From Candidatus Thorarchaeota archaeon (GTDB lineage: Archaea; Asgardarchaeota; Thorarchaeia; Thorarchaeales; Thorarchaeaceae), in the NCBI GenBank assembly GCA_016839605.1, contig JAEOTX010000180.1, positions 1 to 34,772 on the forward strand: 34,772 nucleotides of DNA, given 5' to 3'. Numbering within the stretch: the stretch's first letter is position 1; each line of letters begins with the position of its first letter. The position numbers were made by a program, and so were the translations under genes. This document shows, one piece after another, positions 25,769-34,772 of this stretch. The notes under the pieces are model-generated. The model was not told the DNA's origin. It did not search any database and saw only the letters and a program-made list of their open reading frames with translations.

Positions 25769-26536
25769 TCAAACGCTCCAACATTGATAATTCTCAGAAT
25801 AAGATAGCTGCACTTTGTTCAGTGGATCAGCGGCAAATGCATCATTCAGCCTATCAATCGCACCTGCATCATATAGCTCAGACCAGTCAATCTCTAATCG
25901 ATTGAGATAGATGTCTGAAGGAACGCCGATATCACAGATGAAAAGGGTACCGACTTCTTGAGGCGTAGCTGCCAACAGCCCAATCTTGACAAATGCAATT
26001 GTTAGCGTAGCCATCGGTTGAATACCACTGTCACTCACACCAGTTGTGACATCAAGACCAGATGGAGCATCCAACGATATGATTCGCCTGTGAGTCTTCA
26101 TTGAATCGAACACTTGTGATGTTAAGTCGTCTTCCCTCCTTTTATAGCCATAACCAATGTAGGCATCTATGACCGTGACGTCTTCTGGTAGGCTATTTGG
26201 CATATCTTCCTCAAGCTCCACGCCTATTGATTGAAATCTCTCTAGTTGAGCCATAGGAACTGATTGAAGAGAAGGAAATCCTTTCGGGATGATAACCGTG
26301 ACATCGTAGTTCCAATTGAACAGACGCCTCGCAGCTACCAATCCTCCGCCACCGTTATTGCCAGAACCAGCTACTATGTAGAATTCTGGAGTTTGATGAT
26401 CTCTGAGAGCAACTGCGAGCCTGGCGAGAGAAAGCCCTGCATGCTCCATCATTAGTTCAATAGGAACCTTCAGTTCGCTGACCATAATACGGTCAACCTC
26501 AATCATCTGTTCTCCTGATATGCCTGGCAACCACAT
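25769..26536 (-). CDS. nnrE: NAD(P)H-hydrate epimerase (stand-alone YjeF N-terminal domain)
   Basis: LMMEHAG, GSGNNGGGGLVAAR, IDAYIGYG, SLDAPSG and DIGVP motifs. Confidence 0.92.
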   Translation of the reverse strand: MWLPGISGEQMIEVDRIMVSELKVPIELMMEHAGLSLARLAVALRDHQTPEFYIVAGSGNNGGGGLVAARRLFNWNYDVTVIIPKGFPSLQSVPMAQLERFQSIGVELEEDMPNSLPEDVTVIDAYIGYGYKRREDDLTSQVFDSMKTHRRIISLDAPSGLDVTTGVSDSGIQPMATLTIAFVKIGLLAATPQEVGTLFICDIGVPSDIYLNRLEIDWSELYDAGAIDRLNDAFAADPLNKVQLSYSENYQCWSV

Positions 26537-26649
26537 GATGGATGGTTTCGTTTTTCAACACTTAGCCTTTGCCAAAACTCGGATAGGTTCATCTTTTTAT
26601 TGCTATACCGTGTCACGCCAAACGGGTTCTCAAGAAGGAGTGAATCACC

Positions 26650-27540
26650 ATGGCTCTTTTCGGGGTTATCTATCACGAGAATGTAAACAATTGGGCTACT
26701 TCAGGTCTCATCGAGGCTATAAAAGCAAAGGGACACGATGCTAAACCATTTCGACTTCCAGACGTCGCCGCAGAGCTACCCCATAGGTTTACACATCTTG
26801 AGAACGAGGACATCTCTAGCATGGATGGAGTGATGGTGAGAACCGTTGGATTTGGAAATGGTGACCAAATCACATTCAGAATCAGCTTGCTTGAGCACTT
26901 TGAGGATGCAGGCATCTATGTGATGAATCCAGCCTATTCGTTTAGGAGAGCCAAGGATAAGTACGCGACATTAACTGCACTTCACAAAGCAGGAATTCGT
27001 GTGCCGAGAACGTTCATTGGAGAGAACCTAGAGGCAGCTATAGACTTTGCAGATGAAGTTGGAGATGTCGTCATCAAGCCGTTAATCGGTGCAAGAGGGC
27101 TTGGATCAATTCGGGCTCAGAATAAGGAATTGAATTATCGCGCAATGAAATTCATCCATCAACTAGGACAAGTGCTCTACGTGCAAGAGATGATACCCAA
27201 GCCAGATCGTGACATACGCGCGTTCGTAATAGGAAACCAACTAGTTGGAGCAATGTACAGATATCTCCCAGAGGGTCACGATGATGAATGGAGGACCAAC
27301 GTTCATGGTGGGGGACGCGCAGAAATTGCAGAACTCGACACAGAATATACAGAGTGTGCAATCAAGACTGCGGAAACATTGAAGCTCGACTACACAGGAG
27401 TAGACATCCTCGAATCGCCTGATGGCCCGTGTGTTATAGAAGCAAACGCTGCTCCCTCATGGAGTGCCTTATCTCGAGTCACGGGAAGAAATATCGCTGA
27501 ACTCATAATTGACAAGCTGATTGAACAGGCTCGGGTCTAG
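26650..27540 (+). CDS. RimK-family ATP-grasp alpha-L-glutamate ligase (MptN/CofF-like possible)
   Basis: DKYAT, VVIKPLIGARGLG, YVQE, DIRAFVIG, WRTNVHGGG, GVDI and IEAN motifs. Confidence 0.92.
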   Translation: MALFGVIYHENVNNWATSGLIEAIKAKGHDAKPFRLPDVAAELPHRFTHLENEDISSMDGVMVRTVGFGNGDQITFRISLLEHFEDAGIYVMNPAYSFRRAKDKYATLTALHKAGIRVPRTFIGENLEAAIDFADEVGDVVIKPLIGARGLGSIRAQNKELNYRAMKFIHQLGQVLYVQEMIPKPDRDIRAFVIGNQLVGAMYRYLPEGHDDEWRTNVHGGGRAEIAELDTEYTECAIKTAETLKLDYTGVDILESPDGPCVIEANAAPSWSALSRVTGRNIAELIIDKLIEQARV

Positions 27541-27558
27541 GGTGAGTTGAGGAGAGAA

Positions 27559-28317
27559 TTATTCCTCCGACGCGATGGGTTTGAGAGCTGCTTCAATTTC
27601 ATCTAATTTCAGAGGTTTGAAGATTCGTTCCTTGACATCGATCTTGCCAATCTCTACTCTTCGGGCCCGCTCCTCTGGTTTCAGTGATGCTATTTCACCA
27701 CTCTTCATGAGTCCCTTGAGGGCCAGTTCAGTAGCTTTAGCTAGATTCAGCTTTTCGTATTCTTCTTCCTTTAGTTTCTCCAGAAAGAATTCACGAACAT
27801 CATCAGATTCCCTTCCAATAGCTGCAGCCTTCCAACCCCAAAAGGAGCCTGAAGGATCTGTGGTATAGAGCTGAGGACCATCGTGGTCGACTCCCCCAAC
27901 TAGAAGCGACACACCAAAGGGGCGTACACCACCATATTGGGTATGCATCTGTTTTGTGTCACAAATGTTGACGACAAGTGACTGGATCGAGATGGGTTCA
28001 TCATAGCTTAGACGGTTAATCTGAGCCTGTACTCTCGCCTGGTCGATTAGCTTCCTGGCATCAGCATGCAATCCAGCAATAGCTGTACCCACATGGTCGT
28101 CGATAAGCAGGATTTTCTTGAGTGTATCAAGATCAACAAGTATGTGCGGAGAGCGCTTCTCTCCGGCTAGCACTACACCATCCTCAGCCTTAACTCCGAC
28201 AGCCAGAGGCCCGTGACGGACAGCCTCAGTTGCATATTCGACCTGATATAGACGGCCTTCGGGGCTAAATACCGTAATTGCGCGGTCATAACCCATACTC
28301 TGTGTGGGACCAAACAT
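27559..28317 (-). CDS. psmA: Proteasome subunit alpha
   Basis: MFGPTQSMGYDRAITVFSPEGRLYQVEYA, GGVRPFGVSLL and TDPSG motifs; start ATG 28317. Confidence 0.97.
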   Translation of the reverse strand: MFGPTQSMGYDRAITVFSPEGRLYQVEYATEAVRHGPLAVGVKAEDGVVLAGEKRSPHILVDLDTLKKILLIDDHVGTAIAGLHADARKLIDQARVQAQINRLSYDEPISIQSLVVNICDTKQMHTQYGGVRPFGVSLLVGGVDHDGPQLYTTDPSGSFWGWKAAAIGRESDDVREFFLEKLKEEEYEKLNLAKATELALKGLMKSGEIASLKPEERARRVEIGKIDVKERIFKPLKLDEIEAALKPIASEE

Positions 28318-28434
28318 GCTATGATAACACTCCAATTATGTAAGACCCAACTCGACGGGGGTCAAATTAGAATCACTTGAGAGGCGTTTAAAAGCTTGTC
28401 TGTGTGTTTGTTCTTGGAGACCCTTGTATGAGGC

Positions 28435-29127
28435 TTATCTCCACTCAAGTCGTACATCAATTCCAGCAGGCACGTTGTCCTTCACGCTCTCAATCTCAGA
28501 AATATCCGGGACCTTGAGGTGCGCCTTTTCAGATGGTCTAACACCTGCAGAAGCTACGTAGTTTTGGATTACATACTCACCTTGAAATCCCATGCCTTCA
28601 AGAACCAGCATTATTGTAGAGATGTCCGAAGGCGAGAGGAGACTCCTCGTGAAAGTAGTCCGAGGCCAGAATGCCACTTCTGAGGATAACAGGAGTTTCA
28701 TTGATTCCACTATCTGATTCCATGGATTAGTCGAGGTTCTACTGATGCGGAGATAGGTCTCAGATGGTGCTTTTATGTCAAACCAGACTGAGTCCAGAAA
28801 AGGAAGACATTTCTCGAGAACGGAGGGGACCGAGCCCTGCGTGTTCAGATTCACATGCAAACCAGTGGATTTGAGAGCTCTAAGCAAATCAGGCAGATCT
28901 CCATGAATCGTTGGCTCGCCGCCTGTTATGCAAAACCCATCCACAAGATTTCCAGTTGATCTCTCAACTATGTCTTGAATAGCCATCTCGGTTCCAGATA
29001 TGCGCGGAATGATCTCAGCGTTTTGACAATATGGACAATCAAAGTTACAACCACCAGTGAAAATGACCGTGACTGGTATCCCTGGGACATCCACCAGGCT
29101 AATGTCGATAATTGACGCTATTCGCAT
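28435..29127 (-). CDS. Radical SAM anaerobic ribonucleoside-triphosphate reductase activating protein-like
   Basis: MRIASIIDISLVDVPG...GCNFDCPYCQN (CxxxCxxC), ITGGEPT and DIKAP motifs; start ATG 29127. Confidence 0.88.
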   Translation of the reverse strand: MRIASIIDISLVDVPGIPVTVIFTGGCNFDCPYCQNAEIIPRISGTEMAIQDIVERSTGNLVDGFCITGGEPTIHGDLPDLLRALKSTGLHVNLNTQGSVPSVLEKCLPFLDSVWFDIKAPSETYLRISRTSTNPWNQIVESMKLLLSSEVAFWPRTTFTRSLLSPSDISTIMLVLEGMGFQGEYVIQNYVASAGVRPSEKAHLKVPDISEIESVKDNVPAGIDVRLEWR

Positions 29128-29417
29128 GAAAAATGTCCAGCCTCTGCAGTGGAATTGCGAATGACGGATATAACTTCCCCTATAGACGAGTGAGTATTCA
29201 GGAGAGAATACATGCTCTTTTCTTGTTAGCACACACCGATTCCATGCTCTGTGATGCCATGCTATGAGTATGCATGGCACCTAAGAACATGTATTCAACA
29301 CCGTCTCATTTCTAGTGAGACTATTCGAATTAGAGCAAAATAGCTCGAAATCTCGAAGGATGTTACTATAACCTTTAAGAAGAACTATTAGGTCATCATA
29401 AGCGGGGACTGTGTGCA

Positions 29418-29687
29418 ATGGCGAGTCAGAGTATCAGACGAGATGCAATAATCCAGAGCACTCTTTTTCACATTCAACTGAAACAGTGCCAGTATATCGA
29501 TGACTTTCCCGAAGCAGTTGCAGATGTGTTTGAGAAGAATGTCTATCGAGGCAGACTGAAGAAGTATCAGGATTTAAAGAGGAAGCTGTACCGAATCAGC
29601 ACTAGTTTCTTTGATGTCAACAAGGGTATTAAGAAGAAAGACTTCTTCGAGTCACTCTACAACAGAATAAAGCGTCGAGTCAACTAG
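29418..29687 (+). CDS. Small basic hypothetical protein
   Basis: 89-aa ORF filling the gap; GCGGGG SD-like sequence and upstream TTTAAG. Confidence 0.65.
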   Translation: MASQSIRRDAIIQSTLFHIQLKQCQYIDDFPEAVADVFEKNVYRGRLKKYQDLKRKLYRISTSFFDVNKGIKKKDFFESLYNRIKRRVN

Positions 29688-29703
29688 ATTCGTACTGTTT
29701 GAA

Positions 29704-31494
29704 CTAAGCATCAAGTTCATGCAATGAAAGGATGAACTTCGCACCATGGCTAGGTTTGCCCTTCACGCGATCTTGGACTTCAATTGTTCCACCGTATTTT
29801 CGAGCCATTTGTGCTACTAGAGTCAGACCTACGCCACCAGAATGCTTTCGCTTGTCAAATATCGTCTTCTTCCTCGCACTGCTTATGCCAGGACCGTCAT
29901 CAGACACAGATAGTTTGTACACCCCCTCATCCCTGCTTCCGCCGACCCATATCCGTGGCTTCTCTTTTGGATTGTGCCGCGCTGCGTTCTCAAGTAGATT
30001 CCATAAGAGCTCTCCAAGCAAAGTATCAGCTCGCACATAAATCGGTGCTTCAATATCCTCAAGAAAGACCGTAGCGCCATGCACTCGCGCCAGAGTGTTG
30101 ATCTTCTCATCCAGAACACTAGTGAGTTCGATTTTGGATGTTGGAAGTCTGCGAAATTCTCCAGCGCGCTTCACTTTTGTAATGAGCCTATTGCATCGTT
30201 CCACGGCATCCAGAATATCGTTTTGGGCATCAACAAGATAGGAACGCGGTAGGTCAACGTCGAGAAGCCCAGAAGCCGTGATAATCACTTGGAGTTGGTT
30301 TGCAACGTCATGAGTGAGTAAATCAAGATAGAATTGGATTGTATCCTCCGCTTCCTTCTGAGCAGATATTTCAGTAATAACTGCAAAAGTGCCATCGAAG
30401 ATATCATCATCTCCTGTTAGTGGCGTGGCTGAAACGATGGTGGGGACTGTTTCTCCATCCTTCCGTACCCACTCAAGCTCATAACGAGCGGGTTTTCCAG
30501 CTCGCCGCTCTTCAATCACACCTTTAACCCATTCCGGATCACGGTCTTTAGCGAATTTGACCCACTGGTGACCAAATAGCTCAGCTTGCGTTCTACCTAA
30601 CATATCGCAAAAGGCCTCATTGGCATACACGAGCTTGCCCTCTTCATCGTCTATGGCTAGTCCATCATTCATGGTTTCAACAAGAACTCGATACCTCTCT
30701 TCAGTCTCCGCTAGAGCTTCCTGTTCTCTACGTCTATCAGTTACGTCCATGAGATGAACTAGTGTCTTTGTGGATCCATCAGGAGCTGTGACGAGTGAGA
30801 CTCGCATTTCAGCTGCCAATGAGTCTCCATTCTTTGAAAGAATTTCAAAGGGGTATGTTTCAGGAACCTCCTTACCCTTTCTTCGCTCAGCGTATCTCTT
30901 CGCTACGAGAGATGCCACTTCCTTCGCCATAAATTTGCGGAAGTCATGACCAATGATGTCCTCTTTTACTCCTCCAAAGATTTTTGCTCCTTGAGCATTT
31001 ACATATTCAATCTTGAACTTGTCTCCAACTAGCGCTATCGCATCATGAGTATTGTCAATCATGGCTCTCAAAATTTCATCATTGAAAGGAAAGCTGGGAG
31101 ATAGACGCCCTGTTATGCTTACATCATTGGCATAGATTCTTAGTCTTTGAGCTATTCCTTTGCCAATCGTCTGAAGACGAAGCTCAGCTTCAATTGTCAT
31201 ACCATCTAATCGCTGAAGTGGCAATGTCAAAGTAATGAGTTTGTCACCTTTCTTCAATTTCTTGATTGCACTCTTGAAGCGATTGTTGTGGTCTGGAGCG
31301 ATTAGCGATTTTAAGGACATAGTTTTGAGCTGACTCTTGCTATCTACTCCAAGAAGACGCATAGCATAATCATTCATGTAAACAAGTTTGAGGTCCATTT
31401 TCGACTCTAATACAGCAAATGGGAAGTCCTCTGCGATTTTTCTGAACTCGCGTATACCAGCAGAGCCAGACGATTTCTTCGCACCTTTGCTCAT
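29704..31494 (-). CDS. PAS-domain sensor histidine kinase (three PAS domains, cytoplasmic)
   Basis: Three PAS-like repeats (YMND, YVNA, YANE); H-box LLTHDVANQL; N-box NLLENAARH; DDGPGI; GVGL. Confidence 0.92.
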   Translation of the reverse strand: MSKGAKKSSGSAGIREFRKIAEDFPFAVLESKMDLKLVYMNDYAMRLLGVDSKSQLKTMSLKSLIAPDHNNRFKSAIKKLKKGDKLITLTLPLQRLDGMTIEAELRLQTIGKGIAQRLRIYANDVSITGRLSPSFPFNDEILRAMIDNTHDAIALVGDKFKIEYVNAQGAKIFGGVKEDIIGHDFRKFMAKEVASLVAKRYAERRKGKEVPETYPFEILSKNGDSLAAEMRVSLVTAPDGSTKTLVHLMDVTDRRREQEALAETEERYRVLVETMNDGLAIDDEEGKLVYANEAFCDMLGRTQAELFGHQWVKFAKDRDPEWVKGVIEERRAGKPARYELEWVRKDGETVPTIVSATPLTGDDDIFDGTFAVITEISAQKEAEDTIQFYLDLLTHDVANQLQVIITASGLLDVDLPRSYLVDAQNDILDAVERCNRLITKVKRAGEFRRLPTSKIELTSVLDEKINTLARVHGATVFLEDIEAPIYVRADTLLGELLWNLLENAARHNPKEKPRIWVGGSRDEGVYKLSVSDDGPGISSARKKTIFDKRKHSGGVGLTLVAQMARKYGGTIEVQDRVKGKPSHGAKFILSLHELDA

Positions 31495-31620
31495 TGGAAC
31501 CTAGTCTCCAGTAGTCTTTGACCGGTTATCCCTATTTGGGATATGAATTAAAGGATATTGTATTATAAGGGATGCTCAGCTGTAGCGAATGCATTCCAGG
31601 ATCACGCTAGAATCTTTTCG

Positions 31621-32961
31621 CTATTTATCAGGAGTCTTTTGTTTCCCGTATCCTATGAGGTCATCAAATTTCAGGACAAATCGATTCAACCAAGGGAAAT
31701 ATCTGACAACCCAAAGGACTGCGCGATGAAGCAACCCATCACGCTTGTTGTATGGACAGGACCGTATGCAATTTGAACAATCACTCCCATTCTCAATCCA
31801 ATAACCATAGCAAGTTTCAGGATTGACATACCATTTTTCAGCGCCAGGATTGTTCGATTTAGTAGTACCGCTCCACTCTCGGCGTTTTCCAACACGGATT
31901 GATTTTGAGGGACAGTGATGCGCGCATTTCTCACATACTTCACAGAATCTCACAACTGCATCACAGAAACCATAGTCAGGAGAATCATGCAGAAGAGGCA
32001 TATCCGTAAGCACTTTCGCGATTCTCACACGTGGTCCAAATTCCTTTGTGATTAGCAGTCCGTGACGCCCATACTGTCCAAGTCCAGCGTCTATGGCGAG
32101 AGGAACACTTAGTGCGATATCATTTCCACAGGGAATTGCACTATAACCGAGTCGTCTAATGAAAGCCGTAAGCTCAATCTCAGCAAAGGCCATCTTCGAA
32201 TAGCCTACTGCAGTACTTGTTGCACTGGCGAATGCTGGTGACTTAGAGATGCCTTCATAGTCCATTTCTATAGCCATCACTATTGCGTGACTGAAACGTT
32301 CAGGAATATCGTATGGCTCCCCGCTTCGGTTCACACTATATAGCCAATTGCGGTCTAGAGATGCTATGCCAACCAGAGATGCTCCAAAGATCTTAGCCGC
32401 TTTCTTGACCTCTGTAGTGAGTGTTTCGGAATCTTCTTCTACGCGAGTTTGTGAATCAGGACTTTTCTGAGCATCTCCAAGAAGAGGGCCAATTACAGCT
32501 GCTCTACCATCATATAGCTGCCAACCAGCTTCAGCTCGTTCATATTCAAAACGTCCATACCCTGGAATGTTTCTAGAAATCATTGCTTCCCCACCGTAGA
32601 AAGCATGCTTGCCATAGTACTCAAAATCTGGGTCATTGAAGACTCGAGCAAATATCATGTCGCGTTCAGGAAACTGCTTGAGTTCATCATCTGTCAGGTA
32701 TGGTCGCGCGCTTTCATTCTGATTAGATGACATTCGTTGTTTCTTGCGTTGAGCTGGCTTTTCAATCACAGTGCTGGTGATAGCGCCGAATGGACATGCC
32801 CTAATACAGTTTAGGCAGTTAGTGCAATCACTAGTGATTCTGGGAATTTTCGCACCCTTATCGAAGATGATAGGCGGATCATCTCCGTGGACTCGAGCAC
32901 ATGCCGCGATGCATTCTCTGTGACACTCATCTGACTTGCATAGCTGCTTGTCTATGTACAT
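31621..32961 (-). CDS. Reductive dehalogenase (RdhA-type cobalamin/2x[4Fe-4S]) with extra N-terminal ferredoxin domain and no Tat leader
   Basis: AIVMAIEMDY, FIRRLGYSA, AIDAGLGQYGRHGLLITKEFGPRVRIAKVLTDMPL, FCEVCEKCAHHCP, KWYVNPETC and CSNCIRSCPYNK motifs. N-terminus CKSDECHRECIAAC...CTNCLNCIRACP. Confidence 0.88.
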   Translation of the reverse strand: MYIDKQLCKSDECHRECIAACARVHGDDPPIIFDKGAKIPRITSDCTNCLNCIRACPFGAITSTVIEKPAQRKKQRMSSNQNESARPYLTDDELKQFPERDMIFARVFNDPDFEYYGKHAFYGGEAMISRNIPGYGRFEYERAEAGWQLYDGRAAVIGPLLGDAQKSPDSQTRVEEDSETLTTEVKKAAKIFGASLVGIASLDRNWLYSVNRSGEPYDIPERFSHAIVMAIEMDYEGISKSPAFASATSTAVGYSKMAFAEIELTAFIRRLGYSAIPCGNDIALSVPLAIDAGLGQYGRHGLLITKEFGPRVRIAKVLTDMPLLHDSPDYGFCDAVVRFCEVCEKCAHHCPSKSIRVGKRREWSGTTKSNNPGAEKWYVNPETCYGYWIENGSDCSNCIRSCPYNKRDGLLHRAVLWVVRYFPWLNRFVLKFDDLIGYGKQKTPDK

Positions 32962-33007
32962 CGATTCAAGCTCCCAGTTTCATTGAGTATCGATTCAGCA
33001 TCATTAA

Positions 33008-33037
33008 ACAGTTACTATGTACACCATAGTCTGTAAC
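33008..33037. promoter_or_regulatory. Inverted repeat in the divergent rdh/mtrH promoter
   Basis: ACTATG-TACAC-CATAGT (33014-30), flanked by ACAG/CTGT and GTTAC/GTAAC, next to a TTAAA box. Confidence 0.4.
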
Positions 33038-33101
33038 CAAAGATTCATGGGTAGCTTGGACTACCTGGAGCTAACGTGCAACACAACGGGAGTCAAGAAT
33101 T

Positions 33102-34007
33102 TTGTACAACTACAAAGTCGAGCAAAAAACGTTGAAGATAGGAACTACCAAAATAGGGGGAACTCCAGGACTTGTTCCAACAGTGATGGTGGGCTCAATC
33201 TTCTACTCAAAAGACAAGCTGGTTCGGGATGCCAATAATGGAGATATTGACAAGGCAAGTACAGAAGCAATGCTAGCTCAGCTTACTGACATATCAGAGA
33301 GAACTGGACTACCAAGTGTTCTTGATGTAGTCGCATCTACTCCCGAGGCAATGGAGAAGTATCTTCGATACTTAGCAGACATGACTGAAATGCCTCTGTT
33401 AATTGATGGTTCCGGTTCACTGGAGGTAAACATTGCTGGACTTGAAGTTGCGAAGGATGCTGGCCTTCTAGATAGAGTTGCGCTCAATTCTCTCACACCT
33501 GATGATGATGATGAAATCTACACTAAAATCGCAGAGGTCGGCCTTAGGAATGCGGTCATTTTGACATTCTCTAATGAATCAATGACATCGGCGTCAAAGA
33601 GAGCAGAACTCGCAGAGGCTTTGCACGCCGAGGCGAAGACGGTGGGTGTCGACAATATCATGTTTGACACTGGTGTCGTAGATCTACCAACCCTGGGACT
33701 AGCATGTAGGGCACTCATGATGGTAAAGGACAAATTTGGCCTTCCTGTTGGATGTGGTGCACATAACGCAGTAGCGATGTGGAACGGACTTGTACCTAAA
33801 TTTGGAAAGGGTGCAAAGACCCCAGCTTTCGTGGGGTCGAACCTAATGCCAATCGCCTTGGGAGCCGACTTCGTACTTTATGGACCAATAAAGCACGCTC
33901 CAGTTGTATTCCCATCTGTTGCTATGATTGACGTAGCATTATCTGGGAGTTTGATAGAGGAACGCATTAGACCTGAACGCCCACATCCAAGATACCTGAT
34001 AGGATAG
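33102..34007 (+). CDS. mtrH: Tetrahydromethanopterin S-methyltransferase subunit H family (pterin:corrinoid methyltransferase)
   Basis: EQKTLKIG.TKIGGTPG..PTVMVGSIFY, PLLID, GLPVGCGAHNA and GADFVLYGPI motifs. Confidence 0.9.
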   Translation: MYNYKVEQKTLKIGTTKIGGTPGLVPTVMVGSIFYSKDKLVRDANNGDIDKASTEAMLAQLTDISERTGLPSVLDVVASTPEAMEKYLRYLADMTEMPLLIDGSGSLEVNIAGLEVAKDAGLLDRVALNSLTPDDDDEIYTKIAEVGLRNAVILTFSNESMTSASKRAELAEALHAEAKTVGVDNIMFDTGVVDLPTLGLACRALMMVKDKFGLPVGCGAHNAVAMWNGLVPKFGKGAKTPAFVGSNLMPIALGADFVLYGPIKHAPVVFPSVAMIDVALSGSLIEERIRPERPHPRYLIG

Positions 34008-34016
34008 GGAATTCCT

Positions 34017-34772
34017 GTGTCAAGGAAGCTTGTTGTATTCGAGCCATCAGGACTTCGAATTGCAGTGGATGAATCAAACACGATTCTGGATGCTGCACGC
34101 AGGCTAGGATTGCATATTTCATCAGAGTGTGCTGGAAGAGGTATATGTGGCAAATGCTTCGTGAGAATGGAACCTGCTCCACCAGAATCCGAAGCAGACA
34201 TTGCTCATATATCAGAGTCGGAAAGAGCACGTGGTCTTCGACTTGCGTGTGAACACAATGTGCATGAGGACACAAGAGTTGTGATACCGCAAGCTGTTCA
34301 AGCAAAGATACTCGTAGATGGTACAACCGTTTCAATGGAATGGGATATCGATGACGGTCTTACTGATCAGAAAGGAATCGCTATTGACTTAGGTACTACA
34401 ACAATTGTAGCCTACCTGATTGATATGGAGAGCGGGATCCAAGTTGGACAATCAGCATCTCTGAATCCTCAGGTCATTTATGGCGAAGATGTCATGTCGC
34501 GAATAGCTTATGCGCAAAGAGAGGAGGATGGCGCGAAGACTCTCAAGGATGTTGTCTTGCAGAGGCTGGATGAACTCATTATAGATCTGACATCATCATC
34601 GGATACGGACATTCGAGATATCACACGATTGTCAATTGTTGGCAATCCTGCAATGCATCACTTGTTATTGGGATTGGATACTGCATCTCTGGGAAGGTCA
34701 CCATTTGAACCAGTAATACGAGATGCTCTATTTACAAACGGAGAAGTCCTAGGACTCAAATCCGGTCCTGAA
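34017..34772 (+). CDS. ASKHA-domain corrinoid reductive activator (RACo/RamA-like) with N-terminal [2Fe-2S]; partial; absent from ORF track
   Basis: From GTG 34017: MSRKLVVFEPSG...ILDAARRLG...ECAGRGICGKC...RLAC...IAIDLGTTTIVAYL...LNPQVIYGEDVMSRI...VGNPAMHHLLLG. Confidence 0.92.
   Translation, partial: MSRKLVVFEPSGLRIAVDESNTILDAARRLGLHISSECAGRGICGKCFVRMEPAPPESEADIAHISESERARGLRLACEHNVHEDTRVVIPQAVQAKILVDGTTVSMEWDIDDGLTDQKGIAIDLGTTTIVAYLIDMESGIQVGQSASLNPQVIYGEDVMSRIAYAQREEDGAKTLKDVVLQRLDELIIDLTSSSDTDIRDITRLSIVGNPAMHHLLLGLDTASLGRSPFEPVIRDALFTNGEVLGLKSGPE

Noticed and set aside
29128-29280. N-terminal extension of the radical SAM ORF in the track
   Set aside because: Family similarity begins at MRIASI (29127), and the extension has atypical composition.

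Overview
Gene-dense archaeal DNA, most consistent with an Asgard archaeon (Thorarchaeia-like). This assignment is inferred from the archaeal proteasome alpha subunit, DTD2, MtrH, a reductive dehalogenase without a Tat leader, a Rab-like fold and GAGGTGA Shine-Dalgarno (SD) sites. There are about 35 CDS, and I saw no rRNA, tRNA, CRISPR array or mobile element. Best observation: a hidden selenoprotein candidate that the ORF track truncates. ATG 23076 runs through an in-frame TGA (23148-23150) in a C-A-S-U-G (CxxU) motif into the 23154..23879 ORF. A eukaryote-type (AUGA..AAA..GA, type II) SECIS hairpin at 23871-23920 follows, and its core UGA is the gene's own stop codon. The protein resembles no selenoprotein family I recognise. 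Other notable items: two tandem CdrS-like ribbon-helix-helix (RHH) genes behind three 11-bp repeats; a pair of paralogues with 7 conserved Cys; a Rab-like pseudo-GTPase beside an acidic poly-proline protein; a eukaryote-type CIA2/FAM96 protein; a TrmB protein split by an ~1100-aa helical insert; and a divergent cobalamin module (reductive dehalogenase / MtrH / RACo-type activator). All calls come from motif recognition by eye; no searches were run.
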